NCBI RefSeq assembly: GCF_964355755.1
Contig: NC_092676.1
Location: 11,819,888-11,883,887, forward strand
DNA from: Antedon mediterranea
Lineage: Eukaryota > Animalia > Echinodermata
Length of the DNA: 64,000 nt
Direction: 5' to 3'
Shown here: in pieces, positions 51,849 to 64,000 of the stretch
Numbering within the stretch: the stretch's first letter is position 1
How the letters are laid out: each line of letters begins with the position of its first letter
Made by a program: the position numbers and the translations under genes
The notes under the pieces: generated by a model
What the model was told of the DNA's origin: nothing
The model's database searches: none
The model's input: only the letters and a program-made list of their open reading frames with translations

Positions 51849-52168
51849 TGTTTGTTTGTTTTTTTATCTTTATACTGGGTAACCTCTTCAGTCAAAGACT
51901 GATCTCCCAGAGGGCCCAGTTGGTGATCAGTGGCTGTGATGTACTAATACACCGGGGTAACCCCCTACTCATCTCGAAAGATGTACTAGGTTCTTTAAAG
52001 TGCACACGAGCAAGTTGTGTACACTGGACCTACGGTTTATAGTCCTTATCCGAGAAGACTCGTTCTACCACCAGAACCATGGAGTGAGTGAGCCTCGAAC
52101 CCCTGCCGATGTTATGGCTACGTGATTACGGTTCCACTGTCTTAACCGCTCGGCCACTCACTCACTCA
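51849..52168 (-). mobile_element. tRNA-derived SINE with a Deu/Nin-like central domain
   Basis: A box TGGCCGAGCGG, B box GGTTCGAGGC, central TCGGATAAGGACTATAAACCGTAGGTCC..TAAAGAACC..TTCGAGATGAGTAGGGG, (AAAC)n tail. Confidence 0.8.
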
Positions 52169-52465
52169 CATTTTCAGCAGAAAAATATAATTTTGACAAA
52201 TTTCTCCAGAATAGAGAAGTGCTGCGTCCAAATTAGAGAAACTACAGTATCCAAGGCAAATTCAATTTTTCCGAATTGTATAAAAGAGAAACTGTCAAAT
52301 ATGTAGAGAAATTCAGAAATGTTCAAAACGAGGAAAGTTTTTGTCAAGATTAGCGCTACATCGTGTCGAAAATCTGTCCCGCATATAGAGACTATCCAAT
52401 ATATAGGGAATGTCTCAGTTATGGAAGCATTCAATTAATATTTAAGACGTATGGTACAGTAGGCC

Positions 52466-53385
52466 TGTCACACCAAAATCAGTCCGGGCCAAAATCGGTC
52501 CGGCGGACCAGTTTTGGCTGCCAAAATCAGTCCGGGGACCATTTATGGCTGCCAAAACCTGTCCGGCCGGACCAATTTTGGCCGCCAAAACTGGTCCGGC
52601 CAGGATAAAATCGGTCCGGGTAGTAGGACTGTTTTTGGCCGGTCCAGTCTTACAAATATATGGTGCGCAAAATGAGTCATAATGTATATATCATTAAAAA
52701 AAGGCCATGATTAGTCATTATATTGAAAACTACTCTTTTATTTGTTATTTTAATATTATAAATTAAGCCTGTTTTTTTTTATTATCATTATTAGTAGTAA
52801 CTCATCAATAATTAGTACTAATTGTTAGGCTTTTTGTATACAATATGTATCTCTGCCTGTTTTTAATCTATTTTGTTCTTTTTTAACATCTTCGTTTCCC
52901 CATGATGTTAAAAACAATTTAATTATTAAATATTATTATTATTAACTATTTATGGTTAATCAATCACTATATAAATTCAATACAATTATTATAAAACAAT
53001 TATCCAATATTGATTAGGCTGAGGAAAGAAAAAGGCCTCAATCATAAATAAAATCTAGCTGGCAATATCAGCGTCTCATACCCGTTCATGTGAGTGTGTG
53101 GCAGGCCGAAATATGAGTGAACACCTAAGTCATGTTTGTAGATAAAATACATTTATTTATAGTATTTATCCGACAAGATAACTTACTAATATATATCATG
53201 GGATATTTTTCTAGCCATAAACAACTTAAAACAGCATCATAGGCCTAGTAATTCAATTAAAATCGACAGAAGAAAAGCCCGGACCGATTATTGGATACAG
53301 TGGCGGACTGCTTTTGGCCACAATTTTAGAGCCAAAACTGGTCCGGCCGGACCGATTTTGGCCCCGGACCATATTTATCGTGACA
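52466..53385. mobile_element. TGT...ACA MITE (Ginger-like) with subterminal GGTCC/GGACC repeats
   Basis: TGTCAC/GTGACA ends flanked by GGCC on both sides; arrays of CCAAAATCGGTCCGG. Confidence 0.7.
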
Positions 53386-54477
53386 GGCCTACTATCGAGT
53401 CTGCACATCAAGGTATGTTGAACCATATTAATCAATAATAATAATCATGTATGATGTATACAAATTAAAGAAAAATGCTGCACTAATTACTAGGCCCTTA
53501 ATGGCCTAGTCGTTACTCCACTATGCACGTGGCTTGATCATAGCAAGTCTGCAATTTTCTCCCGCATATTAGGCATACTGAAAGATGCAAACTAATTATT
53601 CATCAGGTACCGGTGGTAGGCCAGTGGTTACTCCAGTATTTTGAAATAGAGGGTGTGGGGGGGGGGGGGGTTAATCCCCTTTTCTTTAATGGGAGGACAG
53701 GGCCTAAAAGTAGTGAAAGTAAGTGCTTAACTAGTTTGATGTCCTATCTTTTGCAATACAATTTGGGAAATTCTAAACTTTATATCATTTTTTTGTATTA
53801 GGTGTGGCTGCTTTTCATTGAAGAGATTTTGATGGTCATTCAACTACAAATAGTGATTGTTTTATTTATGTTGGTTTTTACTTGTTTTCAAAGCTATTAT
53901 TAAACAAATAAGATTTTCGAAGTACTAATGGTAACTACATGTTGTTTACTGTTTATTATTGGGTCTTTTCAAGAATAGTTTGTTTAAAATCACATACAGT
54001 AATTATTTATCATATCTAAGAGTGATATAATATTCCGATCTGCATAATATGTAAATGCAAGTAAATGCATGTCGTAAATTAAGTTGGTCAAGATGAGTGT
54101 ACTGTATATTTGGTTGGTGACATTAAAAAAAAATTATGATCTATTAATTTAATTAATGAACTATAAACGTGAATTTGAGTATTTTACTTTGAAATAAAAA
54201 AACAATCACCGTATCCTGATGACAAAATAATAAATAAATCCATATTCTAGTAAAATATTTTCATTTTATTACAATTCTATGTAATTTTATTAGAATAAGT
54301 AGTCACATCATTTTCATTGGTTTTTTTTTGTATTAACAGGTGCTTTTGATTGGTTATTTGTTATTCGTAGGGCCACTGATAAAGTTTTGCAAGAGGAACA
54401 CTTGTCAGTACCGGTAGATTTTGTAATGTAATGTTTGTATTGAATAGGCTACTGTAATCATTGATTGTTTATTAATT

Positions 54478-55960
54478 AATTCCCGCAGTCTGTGGTAAAA
54501 AAAAAAATAAATAAATAAAAAACAAAGAAAGAAAAAAAAAATAAATAAAAAGGATAAAAAGAAGGAAAAGAAGGGACAATCTGTATTAATTATATTAATA
54601 AATATCCTGTAGGCCTACTCTTTTTTGATGTGGTACTACTTTCTTTTGTGGTTTTTATGGTTGGAATTTAATATAATATACTGTAGTTTTTAACGATTAA
54701 TATAAGTAGACATAATAAATCAGCATAGCAATTCACTCCCTGGTAAATTTAAAGGAATACACATTGATAGAATAGTTGCTCACTAATAACATTTGTATAG
54801 ACACAAAGTTTTTGAGAGAAATTTAACAAAAAAATAAATCTAATTGAGCATGATAAACCTTACAGAAAATGCGAAGCACTGGCTGTAATCATATTTTAAT
54901 ATCAACATAATTATTAGCCCTAAACTATGCCTATTTGGAGTAGGAAATAACGCAATTAAAGCACTAATGTTACTAATATGCAAACACTCGTATACTATTG
55001 TAAAATGAGAAAAATTAGGCCAAATATTGCACGATTTGTCAAAGATATCACTTTGTTTATAGCTGGAAATTAATGATTCGGCGTGTACGTTTTATTTTAA
55101 ACCATTGAGTTACTATAATAACTCAAGGATTCCATCATGTGGTCGAAATTCCATGTGGAATTACTGCATATGACGGTAGATTAATACCCGCGGTCTGTGG
55201 TAAAAAAAATAAAATAAAAAATAAAGAAAAAAATAAAAAAGAAAAAGGATAAAAAGAAGGAAAAGAAGCGACAACCTGTATTAATTATATTAATAAATAT
55301 CCTGTACTCTTTCTTGATGTGGTATAATGATGTCGGTGCCGGTACTACTTTCTGTTGTGGTTTTTATGGTTGGAATTTAATATAATATACTGTAGTTTTT
55401 AACGTTAGATAAAAATGTATAGAATCAGTGAAAATTTACTTTAGAGGTAAATTGGAACCATTTCACTCAATAAATGTTCATTATACTTAAAAATAGCTGA
55501 TAAAGGTGTCACATATTTACCAACCTGTACTTTGAAACTGTTTCCAGGCTGAGTACCGTAATTATTTTAAGGGGATAAGAGCCTATTTTGAGCCTGAATT
55601 TTACCTGTGGGACGATAGATTAATACTCGTGGTCTGTGGTCGAAAAAAAGGTTAAAAAAAAAGATAAAAAGGTAGAGATAGAGAAGGAAATAAAAAGAAA
55701 TTGAAGATGATAAAAAAAAAGAAGTGACAACCTGTATTAATTATATTAACAAATATCCTGTACTCTTTCTTGATGTGGTATAATAAGGGCGGTGACGGTA
55801 CTACCTTCTGTTGTGGTTTTTATGGTTGGAATTTAATATAATATACTGTAGTTTTTAACGTCAGATAAATGTATACATTCAGTGAAAATTTACTTTAGAA
55901 GTAAATTGGAACCACATCCCTCACTAAATGTGTATTATACTTAAAAAGCTGATAACGGTG
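54478..55960 (+). repeat. Three diverged direct copies of a ~220-340-bp segment
   Basis: GTCTGTGGT-A-rich-CTGTATTAATTATATTAA..GTGGTTTTTATGGTTGGAATTTAATATAATATACTGTAG at about 54480, 55185 and 55625. Confidence 0.85.
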
Positions 55961-56823
55961 TTAATTATTTAATTAATAGAACACTTTTCCACTTCAAATG
56001 TACTTTTAAAGTGTTAACATAGTACTGTTATTATTGTGTACATTTTGTAATGTTTTCAGATTAAAAGTGTAAACTTAATTAAAGTTTTTAAAACAAAAAA
56101 AAGTTTCTTATGTTGTGTTAATGTTTTGCCTTCTCTATATTGTACAGCTTCCCTATTTTAGACACAGTATTTCCCCATTTTGGACAGAAATGTCTTTATT
56201 TTGGACAAATCGGATTTCTCTATATTGGACAGCTTCACCATCTTGGACACAGCACTTCCCCATTCTGGACAGAAATTTCCCCATCCTGGACAGAAATTTC
56301 CCCATTTTGGACAAATCTGATTTCTATATATGGACAGCTTGCCTATTTTTGACACAGCATAAGCCCATCCTGGACAGAAATTTCCCCATTTTGGACACGA
56401 TATAGCGCCACCACTTCCCCATCCTGGACAGAAATTTCCCCATTTTGGACACGATATAGCGCCACCACTTCCCCATCCTGGACAGAAATTTCCCCATTTT
56501 GGACACGATATAGCGCCACCACTTCCCCATCTTGGACAGAAATTTCCCCATTTTGGACAAATCGGATTTCTCTATATTGGACAGCTTCCCCATCTTGGAC
56601 ACGATTATAGCGCCACCTATCGCTTTTGTCCTTATTCTGGACAAAATATTTCCCCATTCTGGACAGAAATTTCCCCATCTTGGACAAAATTCACCACACC
56701 TATTGGCGTATCGCGCCTCATGGCAAAAAAATTAGGTTAGGTATCTGGTGTTTAGTAGGACCGGTTTATATTTGTTAATGAATGACAAGACATACATTGT
56801 TTTTATAAACATGTAATAGTTAA

Positions 56824-58136
56824 TCTATATATAAATTTACGTAAGGGCAAAATTCGGTAAATCGCGCCTTACTTCTAGAATTTTTACTCGATGGTATATA
56901 AAGTTGGTTCGTACTTTCGGTACTGATTTTAACCACCTGATGTAACCCTGTTTACTGATTAAATTAAGTTAGATAATTAGTTATTGACGATTAAAACGAA
57001 TTTAGGTTCAACGATTTGCCCCAAATAGGGTTGTTTTCCGATCGTGGTATACACTGTCTAATGGATGTCCATCTTGAAAAATACCCGCCACAAAAATGCG
57101 AGGAGGCTTCGCATTTTCCTATCTCCTCCTACGATAATTGTTTTTAATAGCTGAAAACCGGTTGAACAGCTAGAGTACAGCATCATAATGTTGAAGACAG
57201 GCCGATTTTCTTTAAAAAATACTATTTTGATAGATTTAATAATTAATATACGATTATACAAATGTATTGATTTGCGATGAATGGAACATCCCAATCTCTT
57301 AGTCTGCCAGAGTTTGGTTTAACACAAGTAGGTAAATTTATGAGCTCTTGGTTTAACACATACGGTAGGTAAACATATGGGCCCTTTGAGAATAAACTTG
57401 CAATACTTTGACAATACTGTTAATACCTATTAACTATTTTTGGTCCTCATTTGAATCGAACATTTCTTACTATGAATGTTCGTACTGTTAGATGTAATAT
57501 AAAAATATATACAAATAAACTTTATTACTGAGATTGTGGTTAGGCTTCACTGTTAGATATATAAACACATTATTATATACAAATAAACTTTATACTGACA
57601 GTTCCCTCTCAACGTTTGTATTAATTATTAATTAATAAGTACCAATACTATAAACGTCGTAGTGGTGTATCGTGACATGTACTTTAATATTTCAATCGAT
57701 TATGACAGTGACAGTTTTAACAAAGTATTAAATCGCAAATGTTTTACTGTATTTAGAGGTATATTATTTGTAGGCCTATACTGAGTGGATAAAAAATATA
57801 TTTAAAAATTGTTCATCTTTGTAACTATCCGCTTTCCCATCCCTCAAACCTAATGTTACATACAAAACACAAATTGGGTTTCTTTAAATGAGTCCAAATC
57901 AAAAATTTGGACTCATTTTGTGATAAGTTTCTCCTTCGGAAGTAATTCCCAGGGTACTAATTTTAGTTGACTACATAAATCATCGTGTCTATTTATTCGT
58001 TTCTGTAAACGACAATGTATTATATAATAGTACATTTGAAATCGCCAGTTTTGTTACGCTGAAATGACTGTGTATTCGAGAACCATCTGTGGGCACGACC
58101 TAGATTGTACGCGAGGGAAGCGAGCGTACCATCTAG
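56824..58136 (+). mobile_element. Non-autonomous Helitron (family A), complete
   Basis: A|TCTATATATA 5' end, 3' hairpin GTACGCGAG.GAAGCGAGCGTAC, CTAG|T end. Confidence 0.85.
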
Positions 58137-58495
58137 TTAACATAATTCATAAAAAGATATAGTTTTAATTAGATTTACACAAATAATACATTAAATAATT
58201 AATAAGGAAGAAGGTTTAATTATCTATAACAAAATCTATTTCATCATAATCGGTTAAGTATTTAAAATGAGTTACAACCGAAAATAGAGTACCTGTCACT
58301 TACTTAAATAGCGCCCTCAACTTCAAAATTTTACTAAACATTATTAAATCCCTGCTACAAGTACCCAAACTTAATCGTTAATAACTTATGTTTGCCTTTT
58401 CACAAACACATGTAGTTTACACATTATTTCTAGTATGTAGTGGGTCAGTTTTTGTGCATATCTGAAAAAAAAAATTCTTGCCTTAATTAACATAA

Positions 58496-60033
58496 CTAGA
58501 TGGTACGCTCGCTTCGCTCGCGTACCATCTAGGTCGTGCCCACAGATGGTTCTCGAATACACAGTAATTTCAGCGTAAAAAAATGCTTTTTTTTAATGTA
58601 CGTACTGCAGGATGATAATAGTTATTATTGTTTACAGAAACGAATAAATAGACACGATGATTTATGTATTAAACTGAAATTAGCACACTGGGAATTACTT
58701 CCGAAAGAGAAACTTGTCACAAAATGAGTTCAAATTTTTTATTTGGACTAATTTAAACAAACCCAGTTTGTGTTTTGTGTGTAACATTAGGGTTGAGGGA
58801 TGGGGAAGAGGATATGGGTACAAAGAAGAACAATGTTTTAATATATTCTTTATCTACTCAGTAACGAAATATGTTTTTCATGTTTGATAGGCCTATACAT
58901 AATATACCACTTGATACAGTAACACATTTGCGATTTAATACTTGTTAAAACTGTCACTGTTATAGTCCATTGAAATAGCATGTACATGTAACGATACACG
59001 TACCACTACAACGTTTATATTCTTTGTAATTATTAATTAATACAAACGTTGAGAAGCAACTGTCAGTAGTACAGTTTATTTGTATATTGTACGTTTTGTA
59101 TAACAGTAGGGCCTACTCACAGGCCTATAAATAATATACCACTTGATACAGTAACACATTTGCGACATAATATTTTATTGTTAAAACTGTCACTGTCATA
59201 GTCGATTGAAATAGAATACGGTAGTACATGTAACGATACACGTACCACTACAACGTTTATATTCTTTGTAATTATTAATTAATACAAACGTTGAGAAGCA
59301 ACTGTCAGTACTACAGTTTATTTGTATATTGTACGTTCTATATAACAGTAGGGCCTACACTCACAGTAATACGTTTATTTGTACATGATTGTGTTATACA
59401 TCTAACAGTACCCACACTCACAGTAAATTCAATGGCGACCACAAATGTTAATACGTATTTATTGCAATACTATATCTATATATACGTTTTAGGTTAATTC
59501 CCCAAGGGCCAATAAATTTACCTACAGCTGGTGGTACTTGTGTTAAAGCAAAGAGTTATTATTGGAATGTTCCATTCATCGGAAATCAATACATTTGTAT
59601 AAATGTATATTAATTATTAAATCTATCAAAATAGTATGTTTTCAAGAAAATAGGTCTGTCTTCAACATTATGATGCTGTACTCGAGCTGTTCAACCGGTT
59701 TTCATCCATTAAAAACAATTATCGTAGGAGGATATAGGAAAATGCGAAGCATCCTCGTATTATTGTATGCGGGTATTTTTCAAGATAGACATGCATTGGA
59801 CAGTGTATACCACGATCGGAAAACACCCCTATTTGGGGCAAATCGTTGAACCTAAATTCGTTTTAATCGTCAATAACTAATTATCGAACTCCATTTAATT
59901 AGTAAACAGGGTTACATCAGGTGGTTAAAATCAGTATCGAAAGTACGAACCAACTTTATATACCATCGAGTGAACATTCTAGAAGTAAGGCGCGATTTAC
60001 CGAATTTTGCCCTTACGTAAATTTGTATATAGA
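58496..60033 (-). mobile_element. Non-autonomous Helitron (family A), complete, with an internal ~240-bp duplication
   Basis: Reverse complement of 56824-58136 with TC and CTAG termini; 58889-59120 is repeated at 59121-59365. Confidence 0.85.
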
Positions 60034-61089
60034 TAAATATGGTATATCACACATTTTTCTGAATTTTTGGCTAAAATTCTATATTTTATTTTTTTTTTTT
60101 GCTTAAAAAAGGTTATTTCATTACAGTAAAGTTAAAATAAAATTATTGTATTGAATAGATAATGTAAATAGCTATTAATCAACCTTATTTTCACAAAATA
60201 CATCAAATATTTATTAATTTATGGACAATAAAGTGCATCACTATAAAATGGGGGCCATTTTTACTCTAAAGCCTATCGCACTTAATTATATAGAAAGGAA
60301 AGAACCATCCCCACCAAAAACTAAACTTAGATAAGGACAAAAGCGCTTGGCCAATTAAAGAAGAGAGATGATATAATCATCACAAAGCCAGACAAAGAAT
60401 GAGGAGTAGTAGTCATGGATAGAAGTGAGTATGAACATTTATTATGTGAAGCATCAGTCAACAATGTTTCCAAATTTATACAAATCTCTACTGAACAACC
60501 AAAAACAAGAGGAAGACCAATGACACATTTCCATCCACTTCTGAAAAAGGAGAAATGATTTGAACGGTTCATAAAATTCTTCCAAAAGAAATTGCTAAAT
60601 CAATTTGTCAAACTGGATCAAGGTTAGCTCATTTGTATGGATTGCCTAAAACACACAAAGAAAACTTATCTATGAGACCAATCTTGTCAGCAACAGGTAC
60701 CTACAATTATAAATTAGCTCAGTGGCTAGATGAGAAGTTGAAACCGCTATCACAGAACGCATATACAATAGATGATGTATTTAGCTTTGCAGCTGATATA
60801 CGCTCCGCCGTTATAAATGTTAGTGATATCTTGGTATCATATGATGTCTGGTCCTTATTCACAAATGTTCCTTTAACCGAGACAATTCAAATTATTGCTG
60901 ATAAAGCATTTACTAACAACTGGTTCAACGATGATTATGGACTAAACTTAGATAAGGACGATTTAATTGCACTCCTTAATATAGCAACGAAAGATCAGCA
61001 GCTATTCCAATGTATTGGTAACTTGTATGAACAGGTTGATGGAGTTGCAATGGGATCACCTGTAGGATCCCTTGTGGCAAATGTATTTA

Positions 61090-61367
61090 CAAGATACAAG
61101 ATACAAGAAAACTTTATTATCAAAGGCCAAACATTTGACAGTTGAAATTCTTCTTGCTTGCTGCAAGAACTCACCACACTACAACATAAATACCAAACTG
61201 AAACATTACCTTAAAAATCTACAGTTGAACTCATGGATTGCATTTACTAGGAAGGAGTTTCTGTGCCGATTAGTATGACCTTTGATACACATATACTGAT
61301 TTAGAGGGTGTTTTGTATTATTCATGATCTTGACAAAATGCTTATGTAAATAGTCAGTATGTATAAT
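61090..61367 (-). mobile_element. Short Rex1-like LINE 3' fragment inserted in the Penelope RT
   Basis: (TTGTATC)n tail, KHPL..TNRHRNSF; TSD TATTTA; removal restores ANVF-MCHIEE. Confidence 0.75.
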
Positions 61368-62407
61368 TATTTATGTGCCACATCGAGGAACGCCTTGAAT
61401 CTACGAACCACATGCCCAAATACTACAAACGGTATGTTGATGACACACTAGTATTCATGCCAAATCTAGAAGCAGCCAATAAATGTTTAGCTTTACTTAC
61501 CACGATCCAACTGCTATGAACAATTCAATCCCTTTCCTAGGAATGATGATAACCAAGGATTTGGAAAAATTGCACACACGGGTTTATAGAAAGCCAACAG
61601 AAACAGGCTTATTGCTACACTACAATAGTCACGTTGACAACAAGTATAAAAGGTCACTCATTATAACTATGTTAAATCGGGCTTACAAACTATCGTCGAC
61701 CCACCAGCTTTTTAATGATGAATTTGAAAATCTTCCTTCGATTTTTAAGCGTCTGAAATATCCAGATGAACTAATAACAACCATACAGAACTTTAAACCA
61801 ACAGAGAGCAATAACAACACTTCAGAAGGCGAAACAGATAACAAAACCGAAATACCAGTGCGAACCATACTGCCATTCTAAGACCAGAAATCTGCGAACT
61901 CCGTCAAGTGCCAACTATGCCAACTAAGTCACAAGATAAACAAAACATTGTCCCTGTATTCATAAGTAGAAAAGTTAAAGATAACATTAGGAAAGTCGAA
62001 AAGAAACCCACTATTATAAGTCAACAATGTGTTGTATATAAATTTAAATGTGACTTGTGCGATGCAAGTTATGTTGGATATACATTCCGACACCTCTACC
62101 AACGCATTGTTGAACATAGTAGATGTTTAATAGGACAGCATTTAAAGAATCATAACGAGATTGTTAATCCAAGTAAAATTTATTATGTTTTAGTAGTATA
62201 CTTAGGAAATGCAAAAACAAATTTGACTGTCTTATCTATGAAATGTTGTATGTCAGACAATTAAAACCTAGTCTGAATAAACAAAGTGATTCTGTAAAAG
62301 CTAAGCTTTTCATTTGACAGGATGTTAGACAATAGGTCTTTTGTTATTTAAACTTTGACCTTTGGCTTGTGTTAATTAATTAGTTGTTTTTTTAAATTTT
62401 ATTCATT

Positions 62408-62448
62408 GGACTTGATACTGACCCCATGATGGAGTCGAAACGTCGTTC
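62408..62448 (+). ncRNA. Degenerate minimal hammerhead-like motif in the Penelope 3' UTR
   Basis: GAC-TTGATACT-GACCCCATGATGGAGTC-GAAACGTC; non-canonical core. Confidence 0.4.
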
Positions 62449-62739
62449 TTTTTTAAGCGTTATTTTTCTATTATTTATTTACAATAAACGTACCCTCATT
62501 CAAAACTTGGATCCTCCCAAGATTGATAATCGCGTATTCCGGTTATCACGTGATTGATTCACGGTTGGTTGCCAATTTAGCGAATAAGAAAATATTGTTT
62601 CACCATTTGGTTTCACAATTGCCGTTTGGTTCACAAAAAAAAAGCCGACCTTCATTTTCGTCAGTTTAGGGTCGTGGCCAACACGATTTTTGGCTCAGTT
62701 CTCCACATTCATGTACGCTGTGATTGTAATAAATACGTA

Positions 62740-62800
62740 CAGTAGAACCTTTGTTTTACGTACCCTGATTTTACGTTCCCTTGATTTTACGTACGCTTAA
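62740..62800 (+). mobile_element. Left end of a Tc1/pogo-like MITE (right end not identified)
   Basis: TA|CAGTAGAACC..TTTTACGTACCC.GATTTTACG. Confidence 0.45.
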
Positions 62801-64000
62801 AATGACATCATCATTTTCGTACATTGAGGGCGCAATTTAACAACAACAAAGCACAAAGCCATGACTGTGTCAAGAAGACTGAGGTATATTCAGAGCGTCA
62901 TTCTGACGACTGGAGCATTCTCTACTTCCCTACGGAGCGCCATTTATGCCTTTATTAACTTCAATAATAGAAATAATACTACGGTAAATGCTCAAGTGGA
63001 CACAATTTAGCACCATGGTAGCACAGTGATATAAAATAAAAATAAGTCACTGAATGTTAATATCTTTTCGTATGTTAATACACTGTGCCCGAGTGGACCT
63101 AAATAAGTTTCAATATAGTTTCTTATGTTAATACACTGTGCTCCAGTGGATCCAATTTGGCGCAAGTGGTGGAGCACAGCGAAATGGTCACATACAAAAA
63201 CATCCAGAAAAAATACTTCTTGAATTCAACAATATTTCAAACTTGGTATATATGTTCAATGTCGGTTATTCCATCCGTAATGCAAAAGAAAAATTAGTTT
63301 CAAGCCATATCAGTGATTCTAATAACTTGCGTTTGTCTAAGATAAATACTTTGTTAGTGTCCCCGGAAAGTCTCCTGTACTAGCCCACCATGATTGGGGC
63401 AGAGTTAATAATGAAAATAGAGCCCACAATTGCACTTATACTTATACTTATTACTGTACTACATAATCAGCTGTTCAGTAATGTACTACTTTGTGGCGTA
63501 ACGGGTAATTCTCAGGTTTGAGTGTTCTCAGCATTGGGTTCGAACCTCTACGGATATTTTTTATTTTATTTTATTTTATTTTTTTAAATAAATATTGTTT
63601 TTGAAAGTGAGATATTTTGAGGGTTGTAAATGTCAGGCCTAAACAAGTGGACCTTTTTTAAAATCAGAAACAAAGTTGCATGGCATTATTTTTCATTAAA
63701 TAGACTGCCATAAAGCCTCGAAAAGAAGCCCATGTGCTCCTTCATTTTTAGTACTCATGGCTGGGCTTCTTTTCCACCTTGAGTGAATGTTCTATATTTG
63801 ATCTTATTTCACTCTCCATTAACCCATACAAAAATAATCGGAGACAAACTATCTGTTTAAAACATGGTTATTCTGGGACGGTGTGGCCATACACACCAAC
63901 TACCATAAACGTTTATTCATAACATATTACAATACAATATCTTGCATGCATCGGACATTTCGCTACCAATGTAGCAACATTGATTAACAAAATCAAAATT

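Larger units (their letters stand above)
50910..56696. mobile_element. Foldback-type element with long modular TIRs
   Basis: Termini TGGTGAATTTTGTCCAAGATGGGG / CCCCATCTTGGACAAAATTCACCA; arms (about 50910-51845 and 56125-56696) are built of TGTCCA..ATGGGG modules and 54-bp tandem units. Confidence 0.88.
60330..62490 (+). mobile_element. Penelope-like element (Poseidon-type): RT plus GIY-YIG, degenerate
   Basis: IIITKPDK, LYGLPKTHK..RPILS, SYDV.SLFTNVP, GVAMGSP, RYVDDT, YRKPT, VVYKFKCDLCDASYVGYT.RHL.QRI.EH, E..Y...LKPSLN. Confidence 0.92.

Noticed and set aside
50835-51895. Repetitive ORFs (VALYRVQNGEISVQDGEV; SKMGKFLSRMGKWW), also at 56115-56735
   Set aside because: They are by-products of a 54-bp tandem unit open in several frames on both strands, inside TIRs
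50910-56696. Polinton/Maverick
   Set aside because: No AG..CT/AGT-repeat termini and no polB, integrase or capsid remnants

Overview
This is AT-rich eukaryotic DNA, most likely from a marine invertebrate (inferred from the repeat families). It consists almost entirely of nested and decayed transposable elements, and no intact host gene or intact transposase/RT ORF is recognisable. Retroelements: (1) a Tx1/L1-type LINE (about 2935-12464, minus strand), split by a SINE and by a 5.4-kb CACTG/EnSpm-type element that itself holds MITEs; (2) further Tx1, CR1, Crack/L2 and Rex1/Babar fragments; (3) a Gypsy LTR element whose 3' LTR holds a hAT-like element holding a pogo MITE; (4) a Penelope (Poseidon-like) RT/GIY-YIG element. 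Other repeats: Harbinger, MULE, Kolobok and Ginger-like MITEs, Helitron-type repeats, a 158-bp satellite and a 5.8-kb foldback element. A (TA)n-microsatellite cluster at 25.6-29.4 kb contains Penelope-like termini, two hammerhead ribozymes and five copies of a 72-nt tRNA-like cassette (anticodon ATC). The two most notable observations are this (TA)n-anchored tRNA-like/hammerhead/Penelope array and the recurrent TA to TAGGCCTA micro-insertions, which look like excision footprints of an unidentified GGC-ended transposon. All family calls are by visual motif recognition, not database search.
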